Program-made: the position numbers and the translations under genes
Notes under the pieces: generated by a model
Database searches by the model: none
The model's input: only the letters and a program-made list of their open reading frames with translations
Told to the model about the DNA's origin: nothing
In this document: positions 40,303-53,967 of the stretch, piece after piece
Layout: each line of letters opens with the position of its first letter
Position numbering within the stretch: position 1 is the first letter of the stretch
Origin: Flaccisagitta enflata
Taxonomy: Eukaryota
DNA length: 64,000 nt
Assembly (NCBI GenBank): GCA_965153355.1
Contig: OZ231126.1
Span: 37,820,001 to 37,884,000 of the forward strand
Direction: 5' to 3'

Positions 40303-40623
40303 ACCACCACCACCACCACCACCACCACCACCACCACCACCACCACCACCACCACCACCACCACCACCACCACCACCACCACCGTCACCACCAGTCCACC
40401 ACCACCACCACCACCACCACCACCACCACCACCACCACCACCACCACCACCACCACCACCACCACCACCACCACCACCACCACCACCACCACCACCACCA
40501 CCACCACCACCACCACCACCACCACCACCACCACAACCACCACCACCACCACCACCACCACCACCACCACCACCACCACCACCACCACCACCACCACCAC
40601 CACCGTCACCACCACCACCACCA
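40303..40623. repeat. (CCA)n microsatellite
   Basis: Directly visible. It is the source of the poly-T/P/G/V/W ORFs. Confidence 0.95.
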
Positions 40624-40885
40624 GAGACGATAGACGAAGATTTAACGACAAAAGACGGACGCCAAAGGCTCAATCGAGAGTGAACACCGACTACGTTCTT
40701 ACAAAGAAAATTGTGACGGATGATACCGCGATTGAAATGATGTTGAAAGATAATGGAAGAGGACGGGGGCCACATTAGAGGGAAAAACACCCAGATGTGT
40801 ATGCTATTTGAAAAAGTAAAAAAAAAAAGGCGCATAAGATACAAGAAATGAATGAGAGAGAGATAGAGAGAGAGAGAGAGAGGGA

Positions 40886-40979
<94 letters not shown>

Positions 40980-42162
40980 ACAACCCCCGTCGGACAAGTT
41001 TTGGGAGAATAAGAAAGATTCCGATTTTCTTAAATGTTTGTGATGATGACCGAGACAATCAAGTTTTTACGATGGCAAAATGTTTCTTTGGAGTCTGCGT
41101 AGTAGTTATTGTGTGATAATGTTTTCGGCTTCAATACAGGGATTTAAACGTATCGGTTGGTATAAGGGCTTCAAGACTAGGATTTTAGGTTGTTGATATT
41201 TAGAATATGGGGCTGCAGTTGAAAAGAGGGCAGACATTGCGAAGGGATTATTTCTTTTATGTGTTCAAGCTTAGGCTGTCCCATCTTCCTGAGCTAATAG
41301 CTTAAAAGAACGATCCCGAATCCCAAATAGGCAAAGCCGGATCATCCAGGAAGCCACTTGATCTGTGACATATGCATACTCTTCTGTTATCAGGGTTATG
41401 TCTTTTTTTATATTCAATCTTTATGGGAATCAAGGATTTTCCCCTAAATTATGACATGCGGATGGTCGCATGATGGTCTTGATTTATCACTCGCGATATC
41501 ACGATGGGTGAAGGGCACTTTTCAACTTACTTCTGCAACAAAATGTGCGACCATATGGCGATGCAATGGATGGGTATTGGGTATTGGCTGTAGCCGACGA
41601 AAAGGACTGATATTGCGTGAGCGTTTCTGGTTTTTGAGGGGTTTCCCGAAAAAGATATCCATTCCGTCATATGTATTGATAATCTCACATTGCAAAGCAT
41701 TATTTTGGGTTTTTTGAACATTCAGTCATTAAAATGCGTCTGTAGCACAAACAACCGGATTCGATTCTTACATCCCACCCAACCCCCATCTCACCGTTTC
41801 TCACACCTGGCCTCAATCTTTTTCCCTGTGCCCCCCGCCCAATTTCTCACTGTCGCCCCTAACCCCCAATTTTCTCTCCTACGTCCCCCCATTTCTCACT
41901 GTCGCCCCTATCCCCCATCTTTGTCCCCCGTGTTCTTGCTACGCCTTATTCTGGTTTACGATGGAGACTTGAGTTTCAAAGAAGATTATTGGAACAACCA
42001 AAGAGGATATTAGTCATATTACCATAAAGTGACAGTGAGTGAGTGAACGAAAAGAGAGAAGAACATGAAGAAGAAGAAAAAGAAGAATAGTCGCAAAAGC
42101 CTAGCATGGTCAGCAGTACCCAATGCCCCTAAGTTAGTATATGTGGGAATGAGATAATGAAA

Positions 42163-42657
42163 GGGGCAGCAGCCCGGGAGGAGCTGATGATCTATGATTC
42201 CGCATAGGGTAATTTTCTCTGGTTTGACAAGCTGTGTTGGTGGGCTGAGAGGCCTGATTTTGGGTCTGAATGGTCTGATTTAGGGTCTGATTTAGGGTCT
42301 GAGAGGCGTGGTTTGGGGTCTGAGAGGCCTGATTTGGGGTCTGAGGGGTCTAATTTGGGGTCTGAAAGGCCTGTTTTAGGGTCTGAGAGCCCTGGTTTTG
42401 GGTCTAAAAGGCTTGATTTAGGGACTGAGAGGCCCTATTTGGGGTCTGAGAGGCCTGATTTAAGTTCTGGTTGGCCTGATTCAGGGTCTGAGAGGCCTGA
42501 TTCGGGGTCAGAAAGGTTTGATTTGGGGTCTGAAAAGCCTGATTTGGGGTCTGAGAGGCCTGTGTTGAGGCTGGGGGGATGGACACATAGAAACTAAAGA
42601 AAATCGCCCTGTGTGGAATCATAGGTCATTGTGCCCTCCGGGGCCGCTGCCTAAAAA
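42163..42657. mobile_element. Family C element: ~55-bp imperfect inverted ends enclosing a 21-bp minisatellite (CTGAGAGGCCTGATTTGGGGT)n
   Basis: GGGCAGCAGCCCGGGAGG...CTATGATTCCGCATAGGGTAATTTTCT pairs with AGAAAATCGCCCTGTGTGGAATCATAGG...CCTCCGGGGCCGCTGCCT. Confidence 0.8.
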
Positions 42658-42930
42658 GAAGAAGAAGAAGAAGAAAAAGAAGAAGAAGAAGAAGAAGAAG
42701 AAGAAGAAGAAGAAGAAGAAGAAGAAGAAGAAGAAGAAGAAGAAGAAGAAGAAGAAGAAGAAGAAGAAGAAGAACTTGAAGAAGAAGAACTTGAAGAAGA
42801 AGAAGAAGAAGAAGAAGAAGAAGAAGAAGAAGAAGAAGAAGAAGAAGAACTTGAAGAAGAAGTACTTGAAGAAGAACAAGAAGAACTTGAAGAAGAACAA
42901 GAAGAACTTGAAGAAGAACAAGAAGAAGAA
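42658..42930. repeat. (GAA)n microsatellite with GAACTT interruptions
   Basis: Directly visible. It begins at the A-run end of the family C element. Confidence 0.95.
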
Positions 42931-42947
42931 GACAAAAGAAAAAATGT

Positions 42948-42981
<34 letters not shown>

Positions 42982-43719
42982 GGCACGCCTGAACAGATGG
43001 AGGAGAAGGACTGAGTCACAGCCAATGAAAGCGGGAAAGAGGGATAGTGTGTCAGTGATAATAGCCTCTGGTTTTTAATGGCAAGAGAGGGAGAAAGAGA
43101 GAAAGGACAATTTGCAAACCCAACCAGTTACCGCCTCAATCTCTCAATGTCGCGTGTCATAATGAAATGATAAACAAGGATGCGGGGATGTGTAAATCGA
43201 GGGGGAAGGGGAGAGAAAAAAAGGAAATTAAAGGAAATCATCACTTTTGCTAGTAACGCGATGCGTCGCGGGGAGGAAAATCAAAGGGGGGGTGGGCAGA
43301 AGGTTACCGTTTTTTTTAGGGGGGCGGAGGGGTGGAAAATCAAAGGCGACGATTTCTTTCTCTTTTTTTTTTTTTTTTTTTGGCTTATGCGTTCAGCGCA
43401 TAAGCATTCTATGACCTAGCCGACTATTTTTGGAACGACTTTTGAACGATAACTTTTGTTCCATTGATCCTTACTGCAAATCGTGTATCACGAAGTTTTT
43501 TTTCCACTGACAGTTCCGGTTTTGCCCGATGTGACACGCAGGGTGAAAAGGTTTCCCCCCCTCCCTCTTTCTCTCTCTTTCGCATTTTCTTTTTTCCCTT
43601 TTTTGTTTCTTTTTGGCTTTGTTTTGTCTTCATTCCGGTTATTGCTTGGTCCTATTTTTCATTTTTTTTAAGTACCGTATAAAAAAGCAAAGAAAGATAA
43701 AAATTATAAAGAAAGAGGG

Positions 43720-43918
43720 AAACAAGGTCATTAGACCTAAGTCCCGTGTCTTCTCTGCTACTCAGTGAAATAAGAATGCAATAAAAAGCCTTTAAAACAA
43801 CTTTGTGACAGACTGACGGACCGACCGACTGACCAATGAACCAACAGACCGACGGACCGACGGACCAACGGACCAACCAAAAAATGTTTTGTAGAGTCGC
43901 GTAGCGCGCGACTAAAAA
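43720..43918 (-). mobile_element. HINE-like element (GGTCTAATGACC-hairpin subfamily)
   Basis: AAACAAGGTCATTAGACC head and GTAGAGTCGCGTAGCGCGCGACTAAAAA tail. Confidence 0.8.
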
Positions 43919-44176
43919 GAAAAATCGGTCATTTCATATGTTGACATGACTCTCACGTTTCTAGCAGTAAGGGGATGACCGACGAATTGATAGACGGATG
44001 AACGGACCGCAGCCAGGATTCAGGAGGTGAAACTGCAAACTAAGCGATGTGACCTGCACGGCTGCACCTAACGCGTTGATTGTCTCGACTGTGACGTACG
44101 ATGATGGCGAAATTTGAAGATTGTGAATTGTAACAAGTAGTCACTGTCACTGAGAACTGGGACATCTATTTTTCTA

Positions 44177-44383
44177 TTTTTAGTCGCGTGCACGCGACTC
44201 TACAACCCACTCTGTCCGTCTGTCGGTTGGTCGGTCGGTCGGTCGGTCGGTGACACTTTGCTTTTTCGACGTTTACGGGCGGTTTTGGGGTAACAGCTCC
44301 TGCCCAACTGCTCAATTGGTCTATTTCATCACTGCCCCTGCCCACCCGCACGCGACTTGGCCAGCCGTGTATCCGGCCTTGTT
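44177..44383 (+). mobile_element. HINE/DINE-1-like element, near-consensus copy
   Basis: TTTTTAGTCGCGTGCACGCGACT perfect palindrome, (GTCG)n, GCACGCGACT, GCCGTGTATCCGGC hairpin, CTTGTT. Confidence 0.9.
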
Positions 44384-44426
44384 CAGGATGAGGGTGGTGA
44401 AAATCGCCAATTGTAAAACCTACCTG

Positions 44427-44674
44427 AACAAAGCCGGATACACGGCCAATCCGTAGTCGCTGCTGGTGGGCAGGGGCAGTAATGCGGGTGGGCAGGGGCA
44501 GTATGTGAGTGGGCGGGGGCTGTATTGACGCCAGGCAGGAGCTGTGATGGTCAGAAATCCGTTTTTCAGTCGATTTCGCATCATCAAAATTTTCCTATTT
44601 CAAACATTCAGACAGACATTCAGACAGACCAAGGGACACACCCTCTTATAGAGTCGCTAGGCAGCGACTGAAAA
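44427..44674 (-). mobile_element. HINE-like element
   Basis: AACAAAGCCGGATACACGGC...AGTCGCTGC head and AGTCGCTAGGCAGCGACTGAAAA tail. Confidence 0.85.
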
Positions 44675-44699
44675 CGGGATTGTGGCTTTGAGTAGAAAC

Positions 44700-44937
44700 G
44701 CACCCATTGAGTTGGGCCTTGAATTGGGCCTTGAAGATGAGATTTTGGCCTTGAGGTTGGGATTTGGGCCTCAAGACTGGGATTTGGGCCTCAAGGCTGG
44801 GATATGGGCCTCGAGGCTGAGATATGGGCCTGGAGGTTGGGGGGGGGGGGGACGAAGAAGGAGAAGGAGAAGAAGGAGAAAATTCCCCTGTATGAAAGCA
44901 TAGGTCATCGACCCCTTCGGGGCCGCTGCCCAAAAAG
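44700..44937. mobile_element. Family C element, left-truncated, with 21-bp (GGCCTCAAGGCTGGGATTTGG-like) repeats
   Basis: The right end CATAGGTCATCGACCCCTTCGGGGCCGCTGCCCAAAAAG matches the 42657 end. Confidence 0.75.
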
Positions 44938-45495
44938 TAAACCGACTCGGGAAGTGCGTAGATCTTTCCCCGTAGTGTTGTCAATCCTGAACTGCATGCT
45001 GTTGAATGAAAGAGAGAAGAATTCAGTTTTGTGATTGCTGCCCAAGAAGATTTACTGGCAAATCACTATAAAACGAGGTCCGCGGGACAGTTAAAGCCGT
45101 GACCATGGGATGTGATGTCCTGGACAAATCCATGCATCAAGGCCCATTTGTTCTCTTTGGGTAGTTTTATCGGTTTTGATAGCAGCAGTTACATCTAATC
45201 CATGCTCAAGTGATCCTTTTCCGCCTAATTTTTGCACATGCACAAGCAATCGAGAATTCAAGATTCATGGTACATAGCAATGATAGCATTATGGTAGGAT
45301 AGTAAGGAGAAAGAGGAAAGAAAGGCAAGTAAGGGGATACAGACAGAGAGCAAAGGTTTGACAGTCAATCGTATTGAAATAAACAGAAGAAGAAATTGCT
45401 CCAGTGCGAAGAAAAAATTGTAGGGACTTGACATGTTTGAAAGCTCCGAGTAAACCTGAAATGGAAAAAATAGAAAAACAGAGGGTAGAACACTC

Positions 45496-45602
<107 letters not shown>

Positions 45603-47006
45603 AAATATCAATACATAGACAGACATGAAAATAGACAGATAGAAATTGCTTCACCACGACGATGTTGTGGTTCTTCAGGGATTTTTTTTCGTTGATTGAA
45701 TCAAGGGCGCTGCGGGATGCTGAGTTGTCAAATCCAATTTTGGGAGACGGAATAAACAGCGAAGCACCGTTTTAGCAGCCTTCATATTTCCTATACCCAG
45801 CATTTTTTTTTTCATACCGCGATCACGCGTGTGCACATTCCGGTATTTTTTCTTCTCGTTTGTGCGCGTGCAAGTTGGTGTGAGTGCATCTATTGGTACT
45901 CCCTTGATGATAGGGCCGCATCACATCTCCCCCTTTTCTCCTTTTCTCTTCCATTGAAGTGGTTTGGTAGTGACTTTTTCTGCGATATTTTCCATTTGTT
46001 GGTACATTTGTTGGTTGAATGTCCGTCCGTTAGTTGGATCGATGCTGAAACACTTACAAAGTCCCTCGTCATATTTGTGACGCCCTTGAATTTCCATCGG
46101 AGAATCCGTCTATCTGTTTTTTTTTTTGTCACGTGCATGCGACTCAATAATTCGTTACGTCGATCAGTTTGTCCATTGGTCTGTCGGTTGGTTGGTTACA
46201 TCGCTGCTCCTACCATGATTTCATTTTAACACATTTCATCGCTTCCCATGCCTACCATCACGGGACTTGGGTGTGTATCCGGCCTTGTTTTTCTTTTGGA
46301 CCACTTTAAATGTTATTTCATGCAGGGTAAGGCAACTGAGGCGTGCAAAAAGCTTTAAAATCCGGCCACATGCGTTAAGGGAACGCTCGCACGCGAGAGC
46401 TCGATCTTCATCGCTCCAGGTTCAGAAATGCGCTCTCAGGAGCCTTCAAGGGTTAGGATCCGATATGGTAGCCGGTTTCTGCAGTCTTATTTCCAATTTC
46501 TACATGCCCCGAGGCTATGATTACGCCTGCCTATAAAGTGGGCCTTTTGATATGTGTTCCCCAGGCGATTCGGGATCGCACTTATATGCTAGCAGCAGTC
46601 GTCGATGTGGCAATAGCTTTCTAACAATTCGACTCGTATCCATGTTAGTGCCATTCAGTGCTGCAAAACACCGTGCCGTTTTTTTTCAAATGATTAAAAC
46701 AATTCTGATGGCGTTCATCCTGATGATTTCTTTGTTTTAGCTACAGCAAAATTCGGCGGTAACGAGTGGCGTTGCCTTGAGCTTTGTAATAGGGGTTTTC
46801 TCCTCTAACCAAAATATCGAGATAAAAGAGACATAACACAAGAATTGCGACATGTATTGGGTTTCATAGTTTCTCTCGATTTAAATGTTATATTCGGTCT
46901 CAATAACTTTTGCTGTTGTGACGTAAGGGACAAAAGTTAGGAGAGAGAGAGTGAGAGTGAGAGTAAGAGTAAGAGTAAGAGTGAGAGTAAGAGTGAGAGT
47001 GAGAGT

Positions 47007-47053
<47 letters not shown>

Positions 47054-47304
47054 TGAGTCACTTTAGGCTTCAGGGTGAATAAAAAAAGAAACAACAACAT
47101 CATCGCCATTAAAGGTTAGCAAATACTCAAACAAGGAAACCTTTCTGCAGCGACATGGATGTTATGGTCGGCTGTGATTATCGTCATCTTTATGCCTCCT
47201 CTACACATCTCATTTTATTCTCTATCTTCGACTGTCTGTCTATTCGTCGCTGTCTTTCCATCTCTCTTTCTGTCTGTCTCTCTGTCTCTCTGCCTCTGTC
47301 TCTG

Positions 47305-47414
<110 letters not shown>

Positions 47415-47568
47415 CAAAGCGCCACCCATAAGCGCCACGATAAACAACCAACATCGATGTGCATAAACAACGTCAAATCTGCCGGTAGGGGGCTCTGCCT
47501 AGGCCTACCGCTATGCGTCCGCGGGGAGAAGGATCGTTATATAAAGAGGAGGACGTTTGTAAAGCTAA

Positions 47569-47615
<47 letters not shown>

Positions 47616-48286
47616 GCGTGTGCGTGTGTGTGAGTTGATGTTGAATAATTGCAATAGGTCAGTGAAAATAGGGAAAGAAGAGGAAAAAGTTGAAGAAGAG
47701 GCAACAAGCCAATTACGAGACGGAAGCTAAAAATGAAGAGACGTCGAGATAGGCAGGTAACAACTTTGCCTGGCAGTATCAAAGAAAAGGAGACAAGTCA
47801 GTGAGGATTGGGTTAGCCGGATAATAGGGTGGAAATACAGTGAAGAGTAAAGTTGTCCTGGAAAGAGAGTGAGCCCGGGAGTGCCAGAGAGAGACAGAGA
47901 CAAAGACACAGACGGAAAAACAGAAAGACAGAAAGACAGAAAGACAATGATGTATTTAGAGTGACCGATAAACAGACAGACACGTAGGACCTCAGACAGA
48001 AAGAGAGACAAACAGGCAAAACAGAGAGACAGTGATAATGATAGAGACAGGCGGAACAGACAGACAGGCAAGCAAAAACAGGTAAACAGACAAAAAACAC
48101 TGAAGGAATCGAACGTTTGAATAGGCTGAGGCGAAAACAGAAACATCAATATTTCGGCAGAAAAACATCGACAGATCAGGAGAAAAAAAAAGCGTGAAGA
48201 ATGATGGAAATTGAATCTTTTGTCTTTTCCGTTATTCTTCCGAAGATAACGCTTCAGCAGGCAAAAAAAGAAAAAAAAAAGAAAAA

Positions 48287-48476
48287 AAAACAAGGCCGGA
48301 TGCACGGCTAACCCAATCGCGTGCGGGTGGGCAGGAGTCATGCTGGAGAAGGTCATTAGGGCATCTGGGCAGGAGCCATATGCTCAATAAGCTCAAAAAT
48401 GCCGAAAAAGTAAGGAGGGGACCAACCGACCAACCGACCGACCGACCGACCGACCGACCGACCGACCGACCGACAT
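48287..48476 (-). mobile_element. HINE-like element, truncated after its microsatellite
   Basis: AAACAAGGCCGGATGCACGGC head. Colinear with 53701-53897. Confidence 0.8.
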
Positions 48477-49063
48477 AGAAAAAAAGAACAGAGGAAAAAT
48501 TTCAAAAATAGACCGAAACCAAAACAAACGAGTATTGCAAGAATAGTATTGATGATCTAAAAAAATGACAGCGACGTGGGCAAGCAAGCTGCATTCGATA
48601 GAGAAGTGCGATGTGTTTGTTTTTAGTGACAAAAAATCAGTATGCTGGAAGCGAAGTCACAGGCAATGCGTGATTCAATGCGACGTGCACATTAAAAGAG
48701 CCACTTAATAGCGGGATACCATATTTTATGGTGGTAGGCTGGCAGATTAGGTGAAGGACTCAAAAAGGGAGCCGCACGGGGGAACCTTGCGTGGTGGATC
48801 AGCATAGTTGCTCAGATTTTTTGAAAGGTCGAACACCCCCTACCGTACGCCTATGGGAAACTTCCACTTCACGGAGTGGCATCAATAACAACAAACCCCC
48901 CACCCCGCCCCCGCCCATTTGAAAATAACAATAATACAAAACATGTGGTATATACAGTTTCGCTTTATTCTTTAAATGCGTTTTGATTCTTTGTGCAACA
49001 GTGTTGGTCGACGATCTGTCAAGCGCCTAGCTGCCAGCCATTGACCAAACCTTGTCACCTTTC

Positions 49064-49165
<102 letters not shown>

Positions 49166-49291
49166 CTGTAGCGCTTTACCTTTTTTTTACTAAAGCTGCG
49201 AGACTTTCACAGGTCGTAACACGTCGTCTCACGCGCGCTTACTTCTGTTGACGCCTTTTTCCTCCCAATGGAATGGCCATTACTCTTTTGG

Positions 49292-49445
<154 letters not shown>

Positions 49446-49777
49446 TTTAAACGAGTAACCCTTTTTTTGTTTCGTCTTTTTGCGTCTTTTTGCGTCTTTT
49501 TCACGGCATTTGTTCCTCTCTAGCATTGGTCTCAACGGGGCCGAACAGGAGAGAACTCGTCCGTCTGTCTGTTAAACCATTTTGACCCTGAATTGAGGAC
49601 GTTCAAAGCAGGACAAGGAGAACAGTTGCCCTGGGTTGGGCATCTCGATCTCTCTTATGTCTGAGTCTAATTCTCGCCCAGTTGCACTGAATCGCCCTTC
49701 TGTCTGTCCATGACTTTCAGTCAGTCTGTTTCTCTGTCACTGAATGACTGTCAGTCTGTCTTGTCTGTCTTCTTATC

Positions 49778-50329
49778 TTTTTAGTCGCGTGCTACGCGAC
49801 TCTATAAGCCACTTTTCGGTCTGTCCGTCGGTCCGTCCGTCGGTCGGTCGGTCACAAAACTGTTTTAAAGGCTTTTTAAACAAAATAAAGCCATTTTTAA
49901 TGTTTTTGAATGTTTTTAAGCCATTCCTAAACCTCTGTAAGCCACTTTTTGGCTGGTCAGTTGGTCCGTTGGTCCGCCTGTCTGTCCGTCACAAACTTGT
50001 TAAAAGGGTATTTCAACGAACTTTAATACATTTTTAATGTTTTTAAATGATTTTAGGTCATTCATACACTTCTTTTTAGACTCTTTCAGTCACTTTTTAC
50101 CCGTCTGTCCGTCCATCCATCTCTGTCCGTCACTCTGTTGGTTCATCACGAAGTTGTTTTTAAGGCTTTTTATTGAGTTTTTGGAGTTTTTGAACATTTG
50201 ACAAGAAACTTTTATAAGTAAACAGCTAGTTAAAAGGTCTTTTTAAAAGTTTTAGTCTGTTCTTCTGTCTGTCTGCCTGACTTTTCTGAAAGTGCCGACG
50301 CACGCGACTTAGGTCTAATGACCTTGTTT
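49778..50329 (+). mobile_element. HINE-like element with triplicated internal module
   Basis: Same termini as 21268-21523. The CTCT..AAGCCACTTTT-(GTCC)n-TCACAAA..TAAAGG module recurs at about 49800, 49933 and 50082. Confidence 0.8.
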
Positions 50330-50466
50330 CACTTCCTGTCTCTTTTTGTCTCCCGCTGTATCTCTCTTTCTTGATTTTTAACCTAATCTTTGTCCGTCAG
50401 TCTGTTTTCTGTCTGTCTGTCTGTTTGTCAATCTGTCTTTCGGTGTGTCTATCTGGCTGTCTGTTT

Positions 50467-50550
<84 letters not shown>

Positions 50551-50721
50551 TCTCCCCAGCCGGATATTCCATCATTTTTCACGCTGCCTCATTTTTTAAT
50601 ACACCTACTTTCTCTAACGTCGGCGCCTTTGGATTTGTCGACTTCTGGACGAACGATTGAGACTTGAAATCCAGTTGTCTGACTTTTCCGTCTGATTTTC
50701 TCAACTCTTTTTGATCTTATA

Positions 50722-50857
<136 letters not shown>

Positions 50858-50940
50858 TGTCGTTTTCTTCATCGTCTTTGTCGTCTTTATCGTCATCTTA
50901 GTCACCAACCACTCATTGCTTAAGATGATATCACCCTTAA

Positions 50941-51530
50941 CACATGCGCCACATTTAGGCGGAAAATGATCTACTAAGTGAGGAATGAGTCTAATTATTG
51001 TCATCAAAAGCCAAAAAAGCCTCCACATTTAAATGGAGAAAGTATATTACCAAATTTAGGTCACAAAAGGCTTCAACAACGTCATAAAGATGTCCTATGA
51101 ATGTAAGAAATAGTGTTTTGCATTTAAACCCGCATAAGCTGCATTTTAAAAACTGAATTTCTGCATTTTTTCATTCTTTGTCTGTTTATCCACTATTGCG
51201 CTTTTCAAAGGGCCAAAAACTGTGCATTATTCAATCCAATTACTAAGAAATACTCATGGTCACTCTCTGTTACTCAGGGTCCTGTAAAAGTCTTTTAAAG
51301 ATGATCAATTTCGATTGATTTCAAAGCGGGAAAAATCAGCAACATTTTGATACCGAAATTTCAACATGTTGGCTGAAATACCCCGTTTATGAATCGAATT
51401 ATCATTGAATTGTAACACTAAATAAAAATTCTACTAAAAAGCTACCTCCAGTTAAAATTTCATGGTACTGGAGTTAAATTTACTTTGATAACTATGTTCC
51501 CACATTTTCCGCCGAAATGTGGCGCATGTG
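50941..51530. mobile_element. piggyBac-like MITE
   Basis: 28-bp TIR CACATGCGCCACATTT(A/C)GGCGGAAAATG with one mismatch. TTAA lies immediately to the left; the right flank is TTTTTAA, so the TSD is imperfect. Confidence 0.7.
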
Positions 51531-51818
51531 TTTTTAAAGCTTACATATTATATATAAGCATTGGTGTGAATCTGAATGTATAAGTATAACTGTATTAGTG
51601 TAGGAATGTTTAAGTCAAAGTCGCGGGTACCAACGGTTGCCAGTGCATGGGAACGGTTTAAACCTCTTATGGGTCTTTTCCTTTGTCTCCCCTATGAGTG
51701 GCGCAGAGGGTATAAATAGAATTTAAGCTGTACAGCGTGTGAAGAGCGTATTTCGCCCTCCCTATCTCACGTTGGTTGTCTCTTTCCACGTGTCTCTATG
51801 TCTTTCCCTTCAAAAGGG

Positions 51819-51819
51819 G

Positions 51820-51893
<74 letters not shown>

Positions 51894-51920
51894 ATTGTTA
51901 TTGTTATTGTTATTGTTATT

Positions 51921-51984
<64 letters not shown>

Positions 51985-52003
51985 TTGTTGTTGTTGTTGT
52001 TGT
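51819..52003. repeat. (TTG)n microsatellite
   Basis: Directly visible. Confidence 0.95.
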
Positions 52004-53700
52004 TTTTCCTCTAAAATTTTCGGCAAGCACATTGCCTTTACTTTGCACCATAGGCCACATTTTAGCCATCCATTCGGTTTCCTTTTCAGTCGTAGTTCGG
52101 CGCGCCCCCTGTTAAGTATTTTCAAACCGGAGTGTCAATCTAAAGCCCGTGACACGAACAGCGCTGTAGCTTTTCGTCAGGTAGCAGAAACTGGTAGGCC
52201 CAAAAGAAATGTCTCTACTTGTGTCTTAACACAAAATAAAGGAGTGCGTGTGCGCGGAAAAAGGAGGACGATAAAAGAAGAGAGAGAAAGAGAGAGAGAG
52301 AGAGAGACGTACAGATGGAGGGATTGAAAATAAGTTAACAGAAATGTGAACGGACAGACAAAAAGACTGACAAGTTCTTATTTCTTCTTCTTCTTCTTCT
52401 TCTTCTTCTTCTTCTTCTTCTTCTTCTTCTTCTTCTTCTTCTTCTTCTTCTTCTTCTTCTTCTTCTTCTTCTTCTTCTTCTTCTTCTTTTCTTTCTTCTT
52501 CATCTTCTCCAGCTACTTTTTTCACCCATCTTACCCTCTGCTTTCTTCCACTGTCTACGCCTTCGTCATTTCTCACTTTTTTCGATCCTTTCTTCTTCCT
52601 CCCCCATTATTAGGTGAAAAAAAGACATCCTTGGCAGGCAAGAAGAACAAAAAAGAGAAGAGAAAAAAGGTCGAGCAGAGTGAAGAAAAAATAAGGTCTG
52701 GAGAGATTATTTAAGAACCTCACTAAAAAGACGAATCCTCCCGCTAAGAGGAAAAGGCTGGGTTAGGTTAAGGGGAGGATAAAAAGGATGGGAGGATGAT
52801 CTTGCACAAGGTTGCAAAAGGTTGTTCGGTCTCTCAGGGTTTGGAATAATGATAAACGTGTTGAAACACCTGATGTTTATAGGTTTCATGGCATCGCCGT
52901 GAGAAAAGAAGGTTTTTTTTCATGGGTGGGGTCAGTGATGAGGAGGCTGATATGGTCATTGGACACTGATACAAACGTTTTTCTTTTTCGAACGGAAAAG
53001 CTTTTCGAATTAGCAATGTAAAAAAGGGTATGCGCAAAAAAAAAAAAGAAAAAAAAACTGTACACAGTTGAAATCTGCCAGGTGATTGACTGTTTCTGAT
53101 ATGATAGGTTATTCATCGGACTGCAACATTAGCGATAATCAATTCTGAGGCGATTAAAGCCTTTGGCTAAGGAATTGGTCAAAACCACTTAGCCAAGAAC
53201 CGCAAAAGGTCAGAGGTGCTCACCGTGCTCACCATGATCAGCATCAGTTGAGATACTAGAGCCTGGAAATTCTATATCAGGTCAAGGCAAGAAAGGAAGA
53301 AGGAAGCGACTGACCGTCCGTCAGTTGAGTGTAGCATGTTTTCACTTTATAACATCGCATCGTCAACGAAAAAAAAAGATGAAATAGCAGAGGAAGAAAA
53401 AGAAGAAAAAGAAAAAGAGGGAGGAGGAGAAGAAGAAGAGGAGGAGAAAGATAAAAAAAAGTGATAGACCTGAGAGAAAGTCTCTCGTGAAAAATTGATA
53501 AGGAGTAACTAAAGGCTGGAGAAGGTTAAGCGGGAACAAGGAATTTGGAGAGAGACATTGGCGATGATGGAGGCAGGATATGACGAATCCACCAGAAACC
53601 TGATGGTCTCTCTTTCTCACTCTCTATAGTCTTGACATGGTGCAGGTAGCTGTCAAATGAATTGAGACCATCAATATGTTGGAGGATGGGGAAAGAAAGA

Positions 53701-53895
53701 AAACAAGGCCGGATACACGGCTACCCTAGTCGCGTGCGGGTGGGCAGGAGCAGTGCTGGAGATGGTCACTAGGGCATTTGGGCATGAGCCGTATGCTCAA
53801 AAAGCTCAAAAACGCCAAAAAAGTAAAAAGGGGACCGACCGACCAACCAACCAACCAACATAGCGGGGTGTAGAGTCGCTTAGCACGCAACTTAA

Positions 53896-53897
<2 letters not shown>
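53701..53897 (-). mobile_element. HINE/DINE-1-like element, full-length short copy
   Basis: Reverse-complement homologue of 11562-11781, followed directly by (GAAA)n. Confidence 0.85.

Positions 53898-53967
<70 letters not shown>

Noticed and set aside
40129..40683. Mucin/formin-like Thr-Pro-rich protein
   Set aside because: It is a translation of a (CAA)/(CCA) microsatellite, with no convincing splice signals or domain.
42313..42597. GSERPDL heptapeptide-repeat protein
   Set aside because: It is the translation of the 21-bp minisatellite inside a family C element.
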